The position numbers and the translations under genes are program-made. A DNA stretch of 64,000 nucleotides from a virus. This document shows positions 1 to 9,571 of the stretch, piece after piece (position 1 is the first letter of the stretch; every line of letters starts with the position of its first letter). The notes beneath the pieces are model-generated. The model was given only the letters and a program-made list of their open reading frames with translations. It made no database searches and had not been told where the DNA came from. The DNA is taken from the IMG/VR virus record IMGVR_UViG_3300045988_171260; one strand, 5' to 3'.

Positions 1-1438
1 TATAATCTACTAAATAAATTGGTTCAGACGACATGAATTTAAGAACTTCATCTGTATAATCTAAAAACAAAAGTATAGATTCACCCCAAACTTCTTCATC
101 ATAGCCTTTTTGACCTAGATATAAACTCAAACCAAAGGCGTTTGGATGTCCTTCTGCAAACTCTACCCCTGGTGCGGATTCACACAAATTTTTAAAATTA
201 GCAACTCCACCTTTCTCATATCCTCTCGCAGAACCTTGATAAAAAATCTTATTTTCATCTTCAACTTGAGTTAAAATGCAACAAGGTCTTTGATACTTTG
301 ACATAAACTTATTCGCGATTAATCCAGCTATATTAGAATTAATCTCCCCTGGTTTAAGTAAAAACAATAGCACTTTGTGATCTAATAAATGCTTCTTTTC
401 AATTTTATCTTCTAAGAGTGTCATTCCTACATCTTGAGCTTTTGTCTGTCGATTTTTAACATTAGCTGCAGTTCTAATTGCTTGAAGCACTAATGGCTCT
501 TCTTCTCCTTCTTTATGTCCCCTTTTTGTAGAAGGTATTTTTTTTGAAGCTTCAAATTTAAGCATTGATTTAAAAACAATATGTTTTTCTTCTAAAGTAC
601 CGCTTCTAGCAATAGCATTAACAAAAGGTGCAATGTAAAACGCAGCTCCCATAGGAGTGATATTTTTTCCTAATGAATAACTATTTCTATCTGCTATATA
701 TACGATAAAAGGATTCTGGATATTTTCATTTTTAAATCCCTTTGTAATTAAATGCCTAGTCTCAAAAGAAGTCATACTCATCATATCTGCCATTAGACCT
801 AATGCAACTAAATCTACATAATCTTCGGCATAATTGGTTTTCATAATTAAATCTATATATCTGCAAAACTGCCATACAATACCAACACCAGATAGCTGTT
901 TATTTGGATAGTCACTTAATTGATTATTTATAACAATAGCATTTTCACTTATATGATCAGCTTTATGATGATCTAGAACTAAAACATCTATTCCTTTCTC
1001 GTTTAACATTTTATGTTCTTCAAAATTGTTACTTGAAGAATCTGGGCAAATAACTAAAGAATAGTCTTTTTCAAGAATTATATCTTTACAATCCTTTAAT
1101 CCATGTTGTTTTCCGCTATGAACTAACCATTCTACTTTTGAAAGAGTATATCGCGGAAAATGGTCATATAAAAAGTTAATTAAAACAGCACTGCTGGTAA
1201 AACCATCACAGTCAGAATCTACTATGATTAAAGTTTTTGTATTATTATAAATTGCTTTTAAAAGTACAGCAACGCCTTCTTTTAATACCTTTTCTCCTAA
1301 CTCTAAAGGCGAATAAATGTCATTATCAGTAGTATTCAAATAATGTTTAATATCTTCATGTTTGATTCCACGATTTGTTAAAATTTGCTCTATCGCGGAA
1401 TATTTTAAATTAACAGGTTTAATTAACTGGTATTTCAT
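1..1438 (-). CDS. RecJ-like DHH-family phosphoesterase / ssDNA exonuclease (N-terminal part; C-terminus runs off window start)
   Basis: Minus-strand frame open to position 1; ATG at 1438 preceded by GGAGG; translation MKYQLIKPVNLKYS... contains DHH motifs VIVDSDCDGFTSS and LDHH. Confidence 0.6.
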   Translation of the reverse strand, partial: MKYQLIKPVNLKYSAIEQILTNRGIKHEDIKHYLNTTDNDIYSPLELGEKVLKEGVAVLLKAIYNNTKTLIIVDSDCDGFTSSAVLINFLYDHFPRYTLSKVEWLVHSGKQHGLKDCKDIILEKDYSLVICPDSSSNNFEEHKMLNEKGIDVLVLDHHKADHISENAIVINNQLSDYPNKQLSGVGIVWQFCRYIDLIMKTNYAEDYVDLVALGLMADMMSMTSFETRHLITKGFKNENIQNPFIVYIADRNSYSLGKNITPMGAAFYIAPFVNAIARSGTLEEKHIVFKSMLKFEASKKIPSTKRGHKEGEEEPLVLQAIRTAANVKNRQTKAQDVGMTLLEDKIEKKHLLDHKVLLFLLKPGEINSNIAGLIANKFMSKYQRPCCILTQVEDENKIFYQGSARGYEKGGVANFKNLCESAPGVEFAEGHPNAFGLSLYLGQKGYDEEVWGESILLFLDYTDEVLKFMSSEPIYLVDY

Positions 1439-1440
1439 TT

Positions 1441-1520
1441 AATTTCCTCCAAAGTAATATTTTTTTTACATTGAGGAGATTTAATTTCCTCCAAAGTAAT
1501 ATTTTTTTTACATTAGGGAC
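1441..1520. repeat. ~40-bp tandem duplication of the RBS/leader region
   Basis: aatttcctccaaagtaatattttttttacattgaggagat occurs twice in tandem; second copy ends ...ttagggaca. Confidence 0.7.
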
Positions 1521-1665
1521 AATTAATATATTTTTCATAATAAACTAGCATGATGCCCAAACAGTCTGATTTTGTTTTTACATCTTCTTCTTCATAACTA
1601 AATAAACATCCACATTCCTTACATTCTTGAATTTTTCTTGTTCCTTTTCTTATTATTTTAATCAT
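1513..1665 (-). CDS. small zinc-ribbon protein (likely start MIKIIRKG...)
   Basis: AAGGAGAG RBS then ATG at 1665; CxxC...C...C pattern (ECKECGC...CP). Confidence 0.35.
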   Translation of the reverse strand: MIKIIRKGTRKIQECKECGCLFSYEEEDVKTKSDCLGIMLVYYEKYINCP

Positions 1666-1675
1666 AATACTCTCC

Positions 1676-2107
1676 TTATAAATAACAAACAAAAATTTCA
1701 ATATCTGTATTTTCAAATGTTTCAAATAATAACCGTTTAACATCATTCCAATTTAATTGGTCTAATCCACATCCGATTTTAGGCATTGCAATTTTTGTAA
1801 TATTTTCTTTTAAACAAATTTCTTTCATTTTAATTAACGCATTTTTAAGAGTTGCTAAAGTTGGTTTACTATAGTATCTTTCTTTAGTAATAAGATTAAA
1901 TACTTTTCCTTCTTTAAGACAATCTCCATTTGTCCAAGTTTGAAGATAATTAGGATATAATTGTTTCAATTTATTTTTCATATCAAACCTTTTATTAAAT
2001 TCAACAACTATTCCCTTACCCATCCCAAAATCCGCAGAAATGCAATGTGCTAAGTAATAATCACTATCCGTGCTAAACAAGTCTCTTTTTTGTTCTTTAT
2101 ATCTCAT
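1676..2107 (-). CDS. macro domain protein (ADP-ribose binding / hydrolase)
   Basis: 143 aa; AHCISADFGMGKGIV and IGCGLDQLNW resemble macro-domain glycine-rich ADP-ribose binding loops. Confidence 0.6.
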   Translation of the reverse strand: MRYKEQKRDLFSTDSDYYLAHCISADFGMGKGIVVEFNKRFDMKNKLKQLYPNYLQTWTNGDCLKEGKVFNLITKERYYSKPTLATLKNALIKMKEICLKENITKIAMPKIGCGLDQLNWNDVKRLLFETFENTDIEIFVCYL

Positions 2108-3240
2108 AATATAATTCTCCTTTTAAATAGTTCCATAAAAGTATCTTTTCCTTCATCTATTGGGCTTGATTTATATTGCAATAGGTCCCATCTATCAAAC
2201 ATAAAAGATATTTGAGTATAAGCACCATACTTATTATGAATATCTGTTAATTTCTTTGTCCAACGCTTCCATTCATCATCACCAATAGTAATAAACTGTT
2301 TATCAAAAGCAACAATAATTTCTTTTACCCCTAAAGATAATAATAATTTAACTTGATAAGTAATTAATGAACTTCCGCAACAAGCTACACTAATGTCATT
2401 TTCTTCTCCAAAATAGCTAGCATATAAAAGACAAGATTTTTCTCCTTCATAAACAATAACTTTTTTAATTATTTTTATATTATCTTTACTATTATTAAGA
2501 TTATATAGGTTAAAGCCTAGAGGGTGGTTATACATAACTCCATTTAGAATAGCTGGTCGATATTTTCCAAAATTTTCTTCTTCTTTAATTAAAGTTCTTT
2601 CTCTTATTCCAACTAATTGATTATTTATATCATAATGCGGAATTACTATACCTTGGTTTTTAGGATCATAGGCGATGCCCCTATGATCCATTACCTCCTT
2701 TTTTATTCCCTCTTGTTCCCAAGTTATTATTCGCGGACGAGGTAAATACTGTAAAATTTTATTATCAAAAATTCTTAATTCTACTCTTTGCTCTTGTTCA
2801 TCTTTGTTTATTTGCTCATAATTATTAAGAACTTCCCAATCTTTTAATTTCTCTTGAGTCTTTTGAAAATCAAATGTTTTTGGTGAATATCCATAATATA
2901 TTGCAACAAATTCAACAGCATCAAAAAGTTCCCATTCTCTATAACAAACTTTTCCTTCTTTGTTATAATAACTTTTTAAGTCCTTACTATTATTTTTTAT
3001 CTTTCTTACAAGTTCATATATATCAAAGCTAGTCCCACAATCAGTATAGCATCTAAATAATTTAGTATTGTCATAATAATATAATTTATAAGAGCCTTCT
3101 CCAGCATGATTATGACATATTGTTTTAGAAATAAAAAAACCACTTTCCATTCGCGGCTCTCCACCCAATTCCGCGACCAGATCAAAAACTTGCTCTATTG
3201 AAAGATTTAATTTTAATTCGTCTTTATCATACTTATACAA
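2104..3240 (-). CDS. DNA primase, DnaG-like
   Basis: 378 aa; CHC2 zinc finger (CHNHAGEG...CYTDCG) and TOPRIM-like VIVYEGEKS. Confidence 0.65.
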   Translation of the reverse strand: MYKYDKDELKLNLSIEQVFDLVAELGGEPRMESGFFISKTICHNHAGEGSYKLYYYDNTKLFRCYTDCGTSFDIYELVRKIKNNSKDLKSYYNKEGKVCYREWELFDAVEFVAIYYGYSPKTFDFQKTQEKLKDWEVLNNYEQINKDEQEQRVELRIFDNKILQYLPRPRIITWEQEGIKKEVMDHRGIAYDPKNQGIVIPHYDINNQLVGIRERTLIKEEENFGKYRPAILNGVMYNHPLGFNLYNLNNSKDNIKIIKKVIVYEGEKSCLLYASYFGEENDISVACCGSSLITYQVKLLLSLGVKEIIVAFDKQFITIGDDEWKRWTKKLTDIHNKYGAYTQISFMFDRWDLLQYKSSPIDEGKDTFMELFKRRIIL

Positions 3241-3269
3241 GACTCTTTATTCCTTTCTTTCTTTTTAAA

Positions 3270-3803
3270 TTAAAAAGCACTAACATCAGCCTTTTTTTCT
3301 TCTTTTGGCTTAACAGTGATTTTTAAATCTTCAATAGGAATCAACTCATACTGGTAATTAGTTGCAAACATAGGAATAATTTTACAAGTACCTCTATTCG
3401 CCTTACACCACAATAAAATTCCTTTATATCTACCTCTACGATTTTTATAAACAGAAATTTTAATTAAAGGTATTTCAAACCCGCCTTGAGCTAAAACATT
3501 TTCTAAAGCCGTACGATCATCATTATCAACTTCAAGCATAATCATACCACAATCAATTTTATCCGCAATAGATTTAGCTCCTCTTAACAGATTCTGATCA
3601 TACTGTTGAGCTGTTATATAACTACTATTTAACTGAGTTGCCGTCATAATAAAAATGCCATACTGATTACACATATCTTTTAAACGAATTGAAATCATAA
3701 AAAGGATATTATCCTCTCTTAACCCTCTCACTCCAGTTTTAGATGAGACTTCACTTAAAATTTTCATACTTGTATGGATGTAATCGAAGCACGTAAGTCC
3801 TCT
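3270..3803 (-). CDS. replicative DNA helicase DnaB-like, exon 2 (C-terminal RecA-like half)
   Basis: Frame opens after TGA at 3807-3809; GLTCFDYIHTSM aligns to DnaB Walker B GLIMIDYLQLM; H3/H4-like RLKDMCNQYGIFIMTATQLN and RGAKSIADKIDCGMIML; 5-prime boundary uncertain by ~15 nt. Confidence 0.65.
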   Translation of the reverse strand, partial: RGLTCFDYIHTSMKILSEVSSKTGVRGLREDNILFMISIRLKDMCNQYGIFIMTATQLNSSYITAQQYDQNLLRGAKSIADKIDCGMIMLEVDNDDRTALENVLAQGGFEIPLIKISVYKNRRGRYKGILLWCKANRGTCKIIPMFATNYQYELIPIEDLKITVKPKEEKKADVSAF

Positions 3804-4811
3804 CTTTCAAGAGGCGTTGACTATCTCTTACTACGACAAAAGTCATAGGAAACCATTTCGAACTACGTACCAATAGTAGTCCTACTCCTCCGATCCGAGG
3901 ATAGTCGATACAGGTTCTTTAGACATTTTTCCAAGTTCTTCTTTTAATCAAATCTGCAACAGTTGCTTTTGAGATTCCATATTGTTTTGCTATTTTATCA
4001 TAGCTTTTCCCTGTTTTTTCTCTTTCTTCCCTAATTGCTTTTACAATTTCAACAGTAAGTTTGGTTTTTCTTCCCGTACCATCATTTGTTTTAAAAACTT
4101 CTGGCATTACAGTAGCATACCTTTTTCCAGTCCAGATATTTAAAAAAGATTGCCATTCTATTCTTCCTTCGTATTTTTCTTTAAATATTTTAGTTGGACT
4201 TTTTTGTTCTTTATAAGCAATTCGCAAAGAGATAACTTCTTCTTTCGTAAGAGCTGCATGAGACCATCTCATTTTTTCTTTAGTCTCTTCCTTATGCGGT
4301 CTCGCACAATTCTTTCCACCTTCTAAAACATTATAGCCATTAGGAACTTTTGAGTTAAATTTTAAAATATAATATTGTTCTAGCTTATTAAGTAAGTCAA
4401 AATCATTGTCATAAATTTCAGCTAATACTTCATAAGTAAAATTTTCATAACCATATTTTCTAAAAGCTCTATGAATTAATGATTCATAATCTTTATCAGA
4501 AGGATTGAAAGCAGAACTTCGATGCTGATTTTTTCTTTGCTCTGGGTTAATTGTTTGTCCTATATATTTTTTATTATTGATTTGATTAGTATAACAGTAA
4601 ACTATTGCCATTTTTAACTCCTTCCACACAATTTTCTATTTGTGTATGAAAGTAGTCAAAATAAATTTGATTATTTCTGTCCAAAGTTTCCCACGGGATT
4701 CCCATATATATTTCTACTTAGGGTTCCCCGTTAGCTATCTTAAACGATAACCCCAGTGGTAAGCTGGAAAAGTTTTACACAGTCCTTTAAACCCACAAAA
4801 GGGTTGAACAC
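3804..4811 (-). mobile_element. group I intron in helicase gene carrying a GIY-YIG homing endonuclease gene
   Basis: Splits DnaB-like ORF between Walker A and Walker B; GCUAACGGGGAA and AAUCCCGUGG core elements shared with two other introns in window; 3-prime AGAUAGUCAACGCC S-like element; exact junctions not resolved. Confidence 0.6.
3919..4629 (-). CDS. GIY-YIG homing endonuclease (intron-encoded)
   Basis: MAIVYCYTNQINNKKYIGQT...NGYNVLEGG classic GIY-YIG N-terminus; lies between helicase exons. Confidence 0.85.
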   Translation of the reverse strand: MWKELKMAIVYCYTNQINNKKYIGQTINPEQRKNQHRSSAFNPSDKDYESLIHRAFRKYGYENFTYEVLAEIYDNDFDLLNKLEQYYILKFNSKVPNGYNVLEGGKNCARPHKEETKEKMRWSHAALTKEEVISLRIAYKEQKSPTKIFKEKYEGRIEWQSFLNIWTGKRYATVMPEVFKTNDGTGRKTKLTVEIVKAIREEREKTGKSYDKIAKQYGISKATVADLIKRRTWKNV

Positions 4812-5837
4812 ATATTTAACATCATATTCTCTAACTCCACGTTTAATAGTATTCTCAATATCTTTTAAAGAAAAATCTGGTAATTGTTCTATATATAATG
4901 GACATCTCTTTAAAAGGTTTGCCGCATAAATAACACGTTCCCATTCTCCTGAATAGTATTCTCCAGAGATGATATGCTCTTCATCTACATCAGATAAAAA
5001 AGCGATCATCATAGTCTGAATTTCATCTTTCTCTTGTTCTGTTGAAATAAAGATTGTTGGTTCTTTAGTTCCATTTGGAATCCATTTTTCTTCTTTAGAA
5101 TCATAAATTTCATCGCACGCAATAGAACATGCATCCGCAATCATCGCTCGTGTTTTTCCTACTCCTGTTGCGGCTGATCGCAAATAAAATTTCTTTAATC
5201 TAGCCCCTCTAGTTACAGTATTTATCAAGGGTCCGAATAGAGGATATCCTGCTTCAGGTGTCTCTTTTAAGCGTTCGAGTAGCTCTAATGCTCCATTACC
5301 TGCCAGCTCCGCACCATTAGAAGCATCATCTACATACTTTAATCTTATATCAGTAATTTTTTTGTCAATGATCTCTGCAATATCTTCAATAGATGAATTA
5401 TCTAACCAATCCTCTTGAGCCTGCTTCTTCTTAACATCCATGATATTGTCTATATCATATAACCATGATAAATCCATTCCTATATTTTGATACATTCTTA
5501 GCAAAGTCATCTTTTTCATCCTGCTATAATAAAAATCAAAAGCAGCTAATTGTACTGATTTACTTAATTTTTGAAGATATTCTTGTCCCTTATTAGCTTT
5601 ATAAACTGCATAACTTTTTGGTCTTTGCTCTAAATAATCTTCTATCGCATTGATAGAAATTTCTTTAGCACCTAATTCATGTAAATTATATATAGACCCA
5701 AAAAGAATTTTATGAAATTCTTCTGTAAAATCCTCTTCATTAAAAAAATATTTTCCATCTTCATCTAGTAAATTAGGGTTTAAATAAATCCCTCCAATAA
5801 CTTGAATAATAGATGGAATGTCTACATATTTTCCCAC
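4812..5837 (-). CDS. DnaB-like helicase exon 1 (N-terminal domain, Walker A)
   Basis: 365-aa ORF; Walker A SAATGVGKT; last ~25 aa of ORF track product likely intron read-through. Confidence 0.65.
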
Positions 5838-5838
5838 T

Positions 5839-6354
5839 TCATTCTTCCTCCTTACTGTCTAAATTAAATAACCTTTTCATTTTTCGAATCGCGGAAGGAG
5901 GGGTGATTTCTATATATTTTATTTTAGGTTTATATTCTTCAATATTCTTATTTTCATTTGATAATTTCGCTAAATACAAGCTATAATAATATTGTAAAGC
6001 ATCCTTGTATATAAAAGGGATAATACCAATCCCGCCATTCGCTTTTTCTATTGAATTTCCTTTAATTTCATAAAACCAAATCAAAGATTTTAACATTCCA
6101 CTATAAGTATAATTATACATAGCTTTATAATCTTTAATTTGTTTTTTAATTCTAGCATTAATATAAGGTTCATCAAATAGTTTCATAATATATTGCTCTA
6201 ATTTTTCTAAGTCTTGCTCTTCCTGGCTTTTTTCTTTTTGATTCTTTTCCGCACATTCTTTATGTGCATATCTCCTTGCGGAAATTTGAGTTGTGTCTAT
6301 TTTGTCTCTATCAAAACGTTTTTTACAATAAACGCACGTTACTAAATGAGCCAT
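5839..6354 (-). CDS. zinc-ribbon protein (N-terminal module paralogous to that of AAA ATPase 33365..34567)
   Basis: VTCVYCKKRFDRD...RYAHKECAEK versus VKCYFCGERFDRD...RYAHERCAIK. Confidence 0.4.
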   Translation of the reverse strand: MAHLVTCVYCKKRFDRDKIDTTQISARRYAHKECAEKNQKEKSQEEQDLEKLEQYIMKLFDEPYINARIKKQIKDYKAMYNYTYSGMLKSLIWFYEIKGNSIEKANGGIGIIPFIYKDALQYYYSLYLAKLSNENKNIEEYKPKIKYIEITPPSAIRKMKRLFNLDSKEEE

Positions 6355-6420
6355 TTAAAACTCCTTAATTCTTTTATTATATTATAACATATTTTTTAAT
6401 AAATATCAAAAAAGTGTGGA

Positions 6421-7359
6421 CTAATCCACACTTTTTACTAATTCTTTCAAGTCAGTAACAATTAAATCTAAAGCCTCAACTTGATCTCTTGAACATTGAC
6501 TAACTTTCATACCTTTTCCTAAATATCTATCTGTAATTTGAACGATTCTAGGCTGCCAATATTCTTTAAATTCCTCATTAGATTTTTGCATGATTAAATC
6601 ATTTACAATAGTATTGAAACTATTCAATAATTCATCAAAATCTAATTCCGCTCTTGTGTCTTTATATAAGTTTGATCTTTCGTCTGTAAAATACTCACTT
6701 CCATCTTCTTCCATTTGTTTATCAATAGCCATGCCAATAGCATCAACTAAGCTTTGATAATTAAAATCAATGTAATCTGGAGTATATTTAAAACGAGAGC
6801 CTGCAATATATCTTGGCGTTCCACGCATAAATAATTTAGTTGAAGTTTTACCTTCTTTATCTTGAATACTACGAGAGTAGCCTATAATATCGCACATTCG
6901 AGATACAATCGCTCTAGGTTTATTTCCTAAGGTAGGAACGATCTGATTATACTCTTGACCTTGCTCATCTTTAAAAGTTTTATCTACTGAGTGACTAATT
7001 AAAACTAAACCGTAATCCATTTGAATAATAGAACGTAAACATTCATCATATTCTTTGGCGACTAGAGTATACCCTTTCCCAAAAGGAATATCACTAACAG
7101 AATCCACCCCAAAGCCGCCATCTGGTCTTTTTGCATTGGCACAAATATACTTTTCACACAAGTCATATGCGATATCTGCTGTATCCAGAATAATCGTTTC
7201 AAACTGTTCTTTTACTTTTTCATCTTTTAATTGTCTCAGCACTTTTCTAAATTCCGCCCAAGTATTAATTGGCTGAGCCATTGCTCCAGGAATCGCGTTG
7301 TATCCTTTCTCAAAAGCCAGTAACAGGTGGCGGGGAAACTTGGTTGCGATCGTCGTTTT
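6421..7359 (-). CDS. AAA_24/Sak4-like RecA-fold ATPase, exon 2
   Basis: Begins KTTIATKF..., which completes Walker A when joined to exon 1; IILD Walker-B-like and LVLISH. Confidence 0.6.
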   Translation of the reverse strand, partial: KTTIATKFPRHLLLAFEKGYNAIPGAMAQPINTWAEFRKVLRQLKDEKVKEQFETIILDTADIAYDLCEKYICANAKRPDGGFGVDSVSDIPFGKGYTLVAKEYDECLRSIIQMDYGLVLISHSVDKTFKDEQGQEYNQIVPTLGNKPRAIVSRMCDIIGYSRSIQDKEGKTSTKLFMRGTPRYIAGSRFKYTPDYIDFNYQSLVDAIGMAIDKQMEEDGSEYFTDERSNLYKDTRAELDFDELLNSFNTIVNDLIMQKSNEEFKEYWQPRIVQITDRYLGKGMKVSQCSRDQVEALDLIVTDLKELVKSVD

Positions 7360-8352
7360 CATATATTATATAATATAATACATCAGACTATATCTTCAAA
7401 TATTTATAAAGGAATATCAGAAAAAACAAAACCTTTTAATTTACGAATACCTTTTAAATATCGGCAAATAGATGAAGGTGCAACTCCAAAAGCTTTAGCA
7501 CACTCTTTTTGTGAATTATAAGAGTCAATAAAATTACCATTATTATCATATACATAAACTATTTTCTTGTTTGAATTACTCCAACAGTTGATCTTATCTT
7601 TTTTATACGATTTAAACTGATATTGTTTATAATGCTGCTGTTGTTCTGTTATACATCTCCATATACTAGTGTAATCCAAATTAAGCTTTTGTGCAGCTTC
7701 ATAACCATTTACAAAAGACTGAATGTAATTGCCACTTAAATCATATTGATGACATTCTTTCATTTCATGTTGTTGTAAATTACTAGTGTAACTATGACGC
7801 ATATTCTCTAATGCTGTTGACCACTCTAAATTATCTATATTATTATTTAATTTATTTCCATCTATATGATTAACTTGCAATTCATCCATCTCTTCACAAG
7901 GTTTAAATGCTTTCATAACCAATCTATGAACTGAGCAATTCTTATCTATTCGATAACGTAAATGCACCATACGATAACCATTATTAGTAACTGATCCTCC
8001 TAATAAGGTTTTAGTTGAATCATTACGCACATTACCATAATTAGATACACTATAAAAAGTTTCTTGACCGTTAATTAAAATTTTTTTCCAAATTTCTTGT
8101 TTTTCCATAATTATTCCTCCTAAATACCTACGGGTATTTCGATTATAAAATCTACGGTTATAAAACCTAGTCGTTGAACCTTTGTCTCCGTGAGACACTT
8201 GGCTGCGGATTGGAACTACAATAAACGTTTTACTATACCAAGCACATTACTACTTGCCATTATAATATCGCTATTATAACTTAGTCTTTATTGATTATAT
8301 TCTATCCCCGCAATTTCCCCATATTATCGTGGCAAAAATTCTCTCTCTATTC
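7360..8352 (-). mobile_element. group I intron interrupting the Walker A codons of the ATPase gene; carries HNH endonuclease ORF
   Basis: Exon 1 ends GGU (U) at 8353, intron ends G at 7360; intron has AAAUUGCGGGGA (P), AAUCCGCAGCC (Q), GUUCAACGACUAG (R), AAGAUAUAGUC (S) elements. Confidence 0.7.
7404..8198 (-). CDS. HNH homing endonuclease (intron-encoded)
   Basis: 264 aa; HRLVMKAF...VNHIDGNKLNNNIDNLEW...ENMRH HNH motif. Confidence 0.75.
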   Translation of the reverse strand: MSHGDKGSTTRFYNRRFYNRNTRRYLGGIIMEKQEIWKKILINGQETFYSVSNYGNVRNDSTKTLLGGSVTNNGYRMVHLRYRIDKNCSVHRLVMKAFKPCEEMDELQVNHIDGNKLNNNIDNLEWSTALENMRHSYTSNLQQHEMKECHQYDLSGNYIQSFVNGYEAAQKLNLDYTSIWRCITEQQQHYKQYQFKSYKKDKINCWSNSNKKIVYVYDNNGNFIDSYNSQKECAKAFGVAPSSICRYLKGIRKLKGFVFSDIPL

Positions 8353-8445
8353 ACCACTTTTAGGCTCTCCATAGAAGAATACACTGTATCCTCTTAAGTC
8401 TCTTGATACTTGATGCGGTTTAATGTTAAGTAAATCAATTCCCAT
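8353..8445 (-). CDS. AAA_24/Sak4-like ATPase, exon 1
   Basis: AGAGGAAAG RBS then ATG at 8445; MGIDLLNIKPHQVSRDLRGYSVFFYGEPKSG then in-frame E, stop; splice restores GEPKSGKTT. Confidence 0.6.
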
Positions 8446-8513
8446 AATTATCTTTCCTCTAACTTTCTTTATTTAATTTATTATTTATTATTTGCCATTA
8501 TTAAGTTAAATAA

Positions 8514-8534
8514 ATTGGGAGCTAAGCTCCCAAT
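8514..8534 (-). terminator. rho-independent terminator hairpin
   Basis: attgggagctaagctcccaat perfect hairpin just downstream of stop of 8537..9487. Confidence 0.5.
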
Positions 8535-8536
8535 CA

Positions 8537-9487
8537 TTAAAAATTAAAACCGCCATTGCTTACTGAAACAGTTGAAGCTTTAGGAGAAGAAGAATTACCA
8601 TTAGCAGCTTTCTGAGCTAAGTATTCCTCTCTTCTCTTCTTAACCTCAGCAAGATGAACCTCTCTATTCTGCATAGCCTGAGTAACTTCTTCCGCGGTTA
8701 AAACATTCTCATCTCCAAAATCATATGGCACAAGGGATACTCCAATAATCTCCCATTCTTTTGATTTCTTCTCATAGCTTTTTACTGCTACTTCACCGCC
8801 AAAAGCTGATTCTTCTTTCTGTTCTACTACAATAGTTCTGCAATTAATTCTTCCCCACACTTTTGTAAATAAAGGTTCTGAAGAAGAAAAATCTAAATTC
8901 TCAAAATACTTAATACCTTCTGGATTTTTTAATACAAACTCTACTGGTAAAATATCATTTCTAAAATTAAAAACTGCCCCTCTGATTGTTAAGTAATCAT
9001 TTAAAATACCTTTTTCCTCATCTGCTTCCACTCTATTCATAGAAGTCATAAGCATATCTGTTGTAAAGGTATTTCTTTCATTTTCTTTACATAAATTACT
9101 AACAATAGTAACAAATCCACCCTCATTCACTTTCTGTGATACTAAAGTGTCTTCATTAACATAGAAATCATTTAAAGCAAGAGCAGTATCAATTTTTACT
9201 TTCGTTGCCTCATCTTTTCCGTCTGTAATCCATGCTTTTCCTTCATCAATAATTTTCTTCAAAGCTGTATAAGTAGCGTTTTTCTTACCAGCTTTTGTTG
9301 TTTCTGTCACGTATGTAAAGTGTACTTCTACAATATTCATACCCTCTTCATCTACAGCTACACTTAATGTACCTGAAATGAATTCTTTTCCATAATTACT
9401 TGACTGCTGATTTTGAACTGTTTTAATTGTCAATTCATGCTCATATACTCTGCCCTCGATATGTTCTGTATTAATTGCTTTTTTCAT
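8537..9487 (-). CDS. hypothetical protein (possible ssDNA-binding / recombination-associated)
   Basis: 316-aa ORF adjacent to RecA-fold ATPase; no diagnostic motif recognised. Confidence 0.3.
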   Translation of the reverse strand: MKKAINTEHIEGRVYEHELTIKTVQNQQSSNYGKEFISGTLSVAVDEEGMNIVEVHFTYVTETTKAGKKNATYTALKKIIDEGKAWITDGKDEATKVKIDTALALNDFYVNEDTLVSQKVNEGGFVTIVSNLCKENERNTFTTDMLMTSMNRVEADEEKGILNDYLTIRGAVFNFRNDILPVEFVLKNPEGIKYFENLDFSSSEPLFTKVWGRINCRTIVVEQKEESAFGGEVAVKSYEKKSKEWEIIGVSLVPYDFGDENVLTAEEVTQAMQNREVHLAEVKKRREEYLAQKAANGNSSSPKASTVSVSNGGFNF

Positions 9488-9571
9488 CTATTTTCTCCTA
9501 CTTTTATTTTTTTTTATTCAAAATCTTTATATAATAATTATATCAAAAATTTTAAACTTTGTCAATCTATA

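Noticed and set aside
4740-4811. C-terminal ~24 aa (GLKDCVKLFQLTTGVIV) of the helicase exon-1 ORF
   Set aside because: Lies inside the predicted intron (contains the GCUAACGGGG core 10 nt downstream); DnaB alignment continues instead in exon 2 (GLTCFDYIHTSM).
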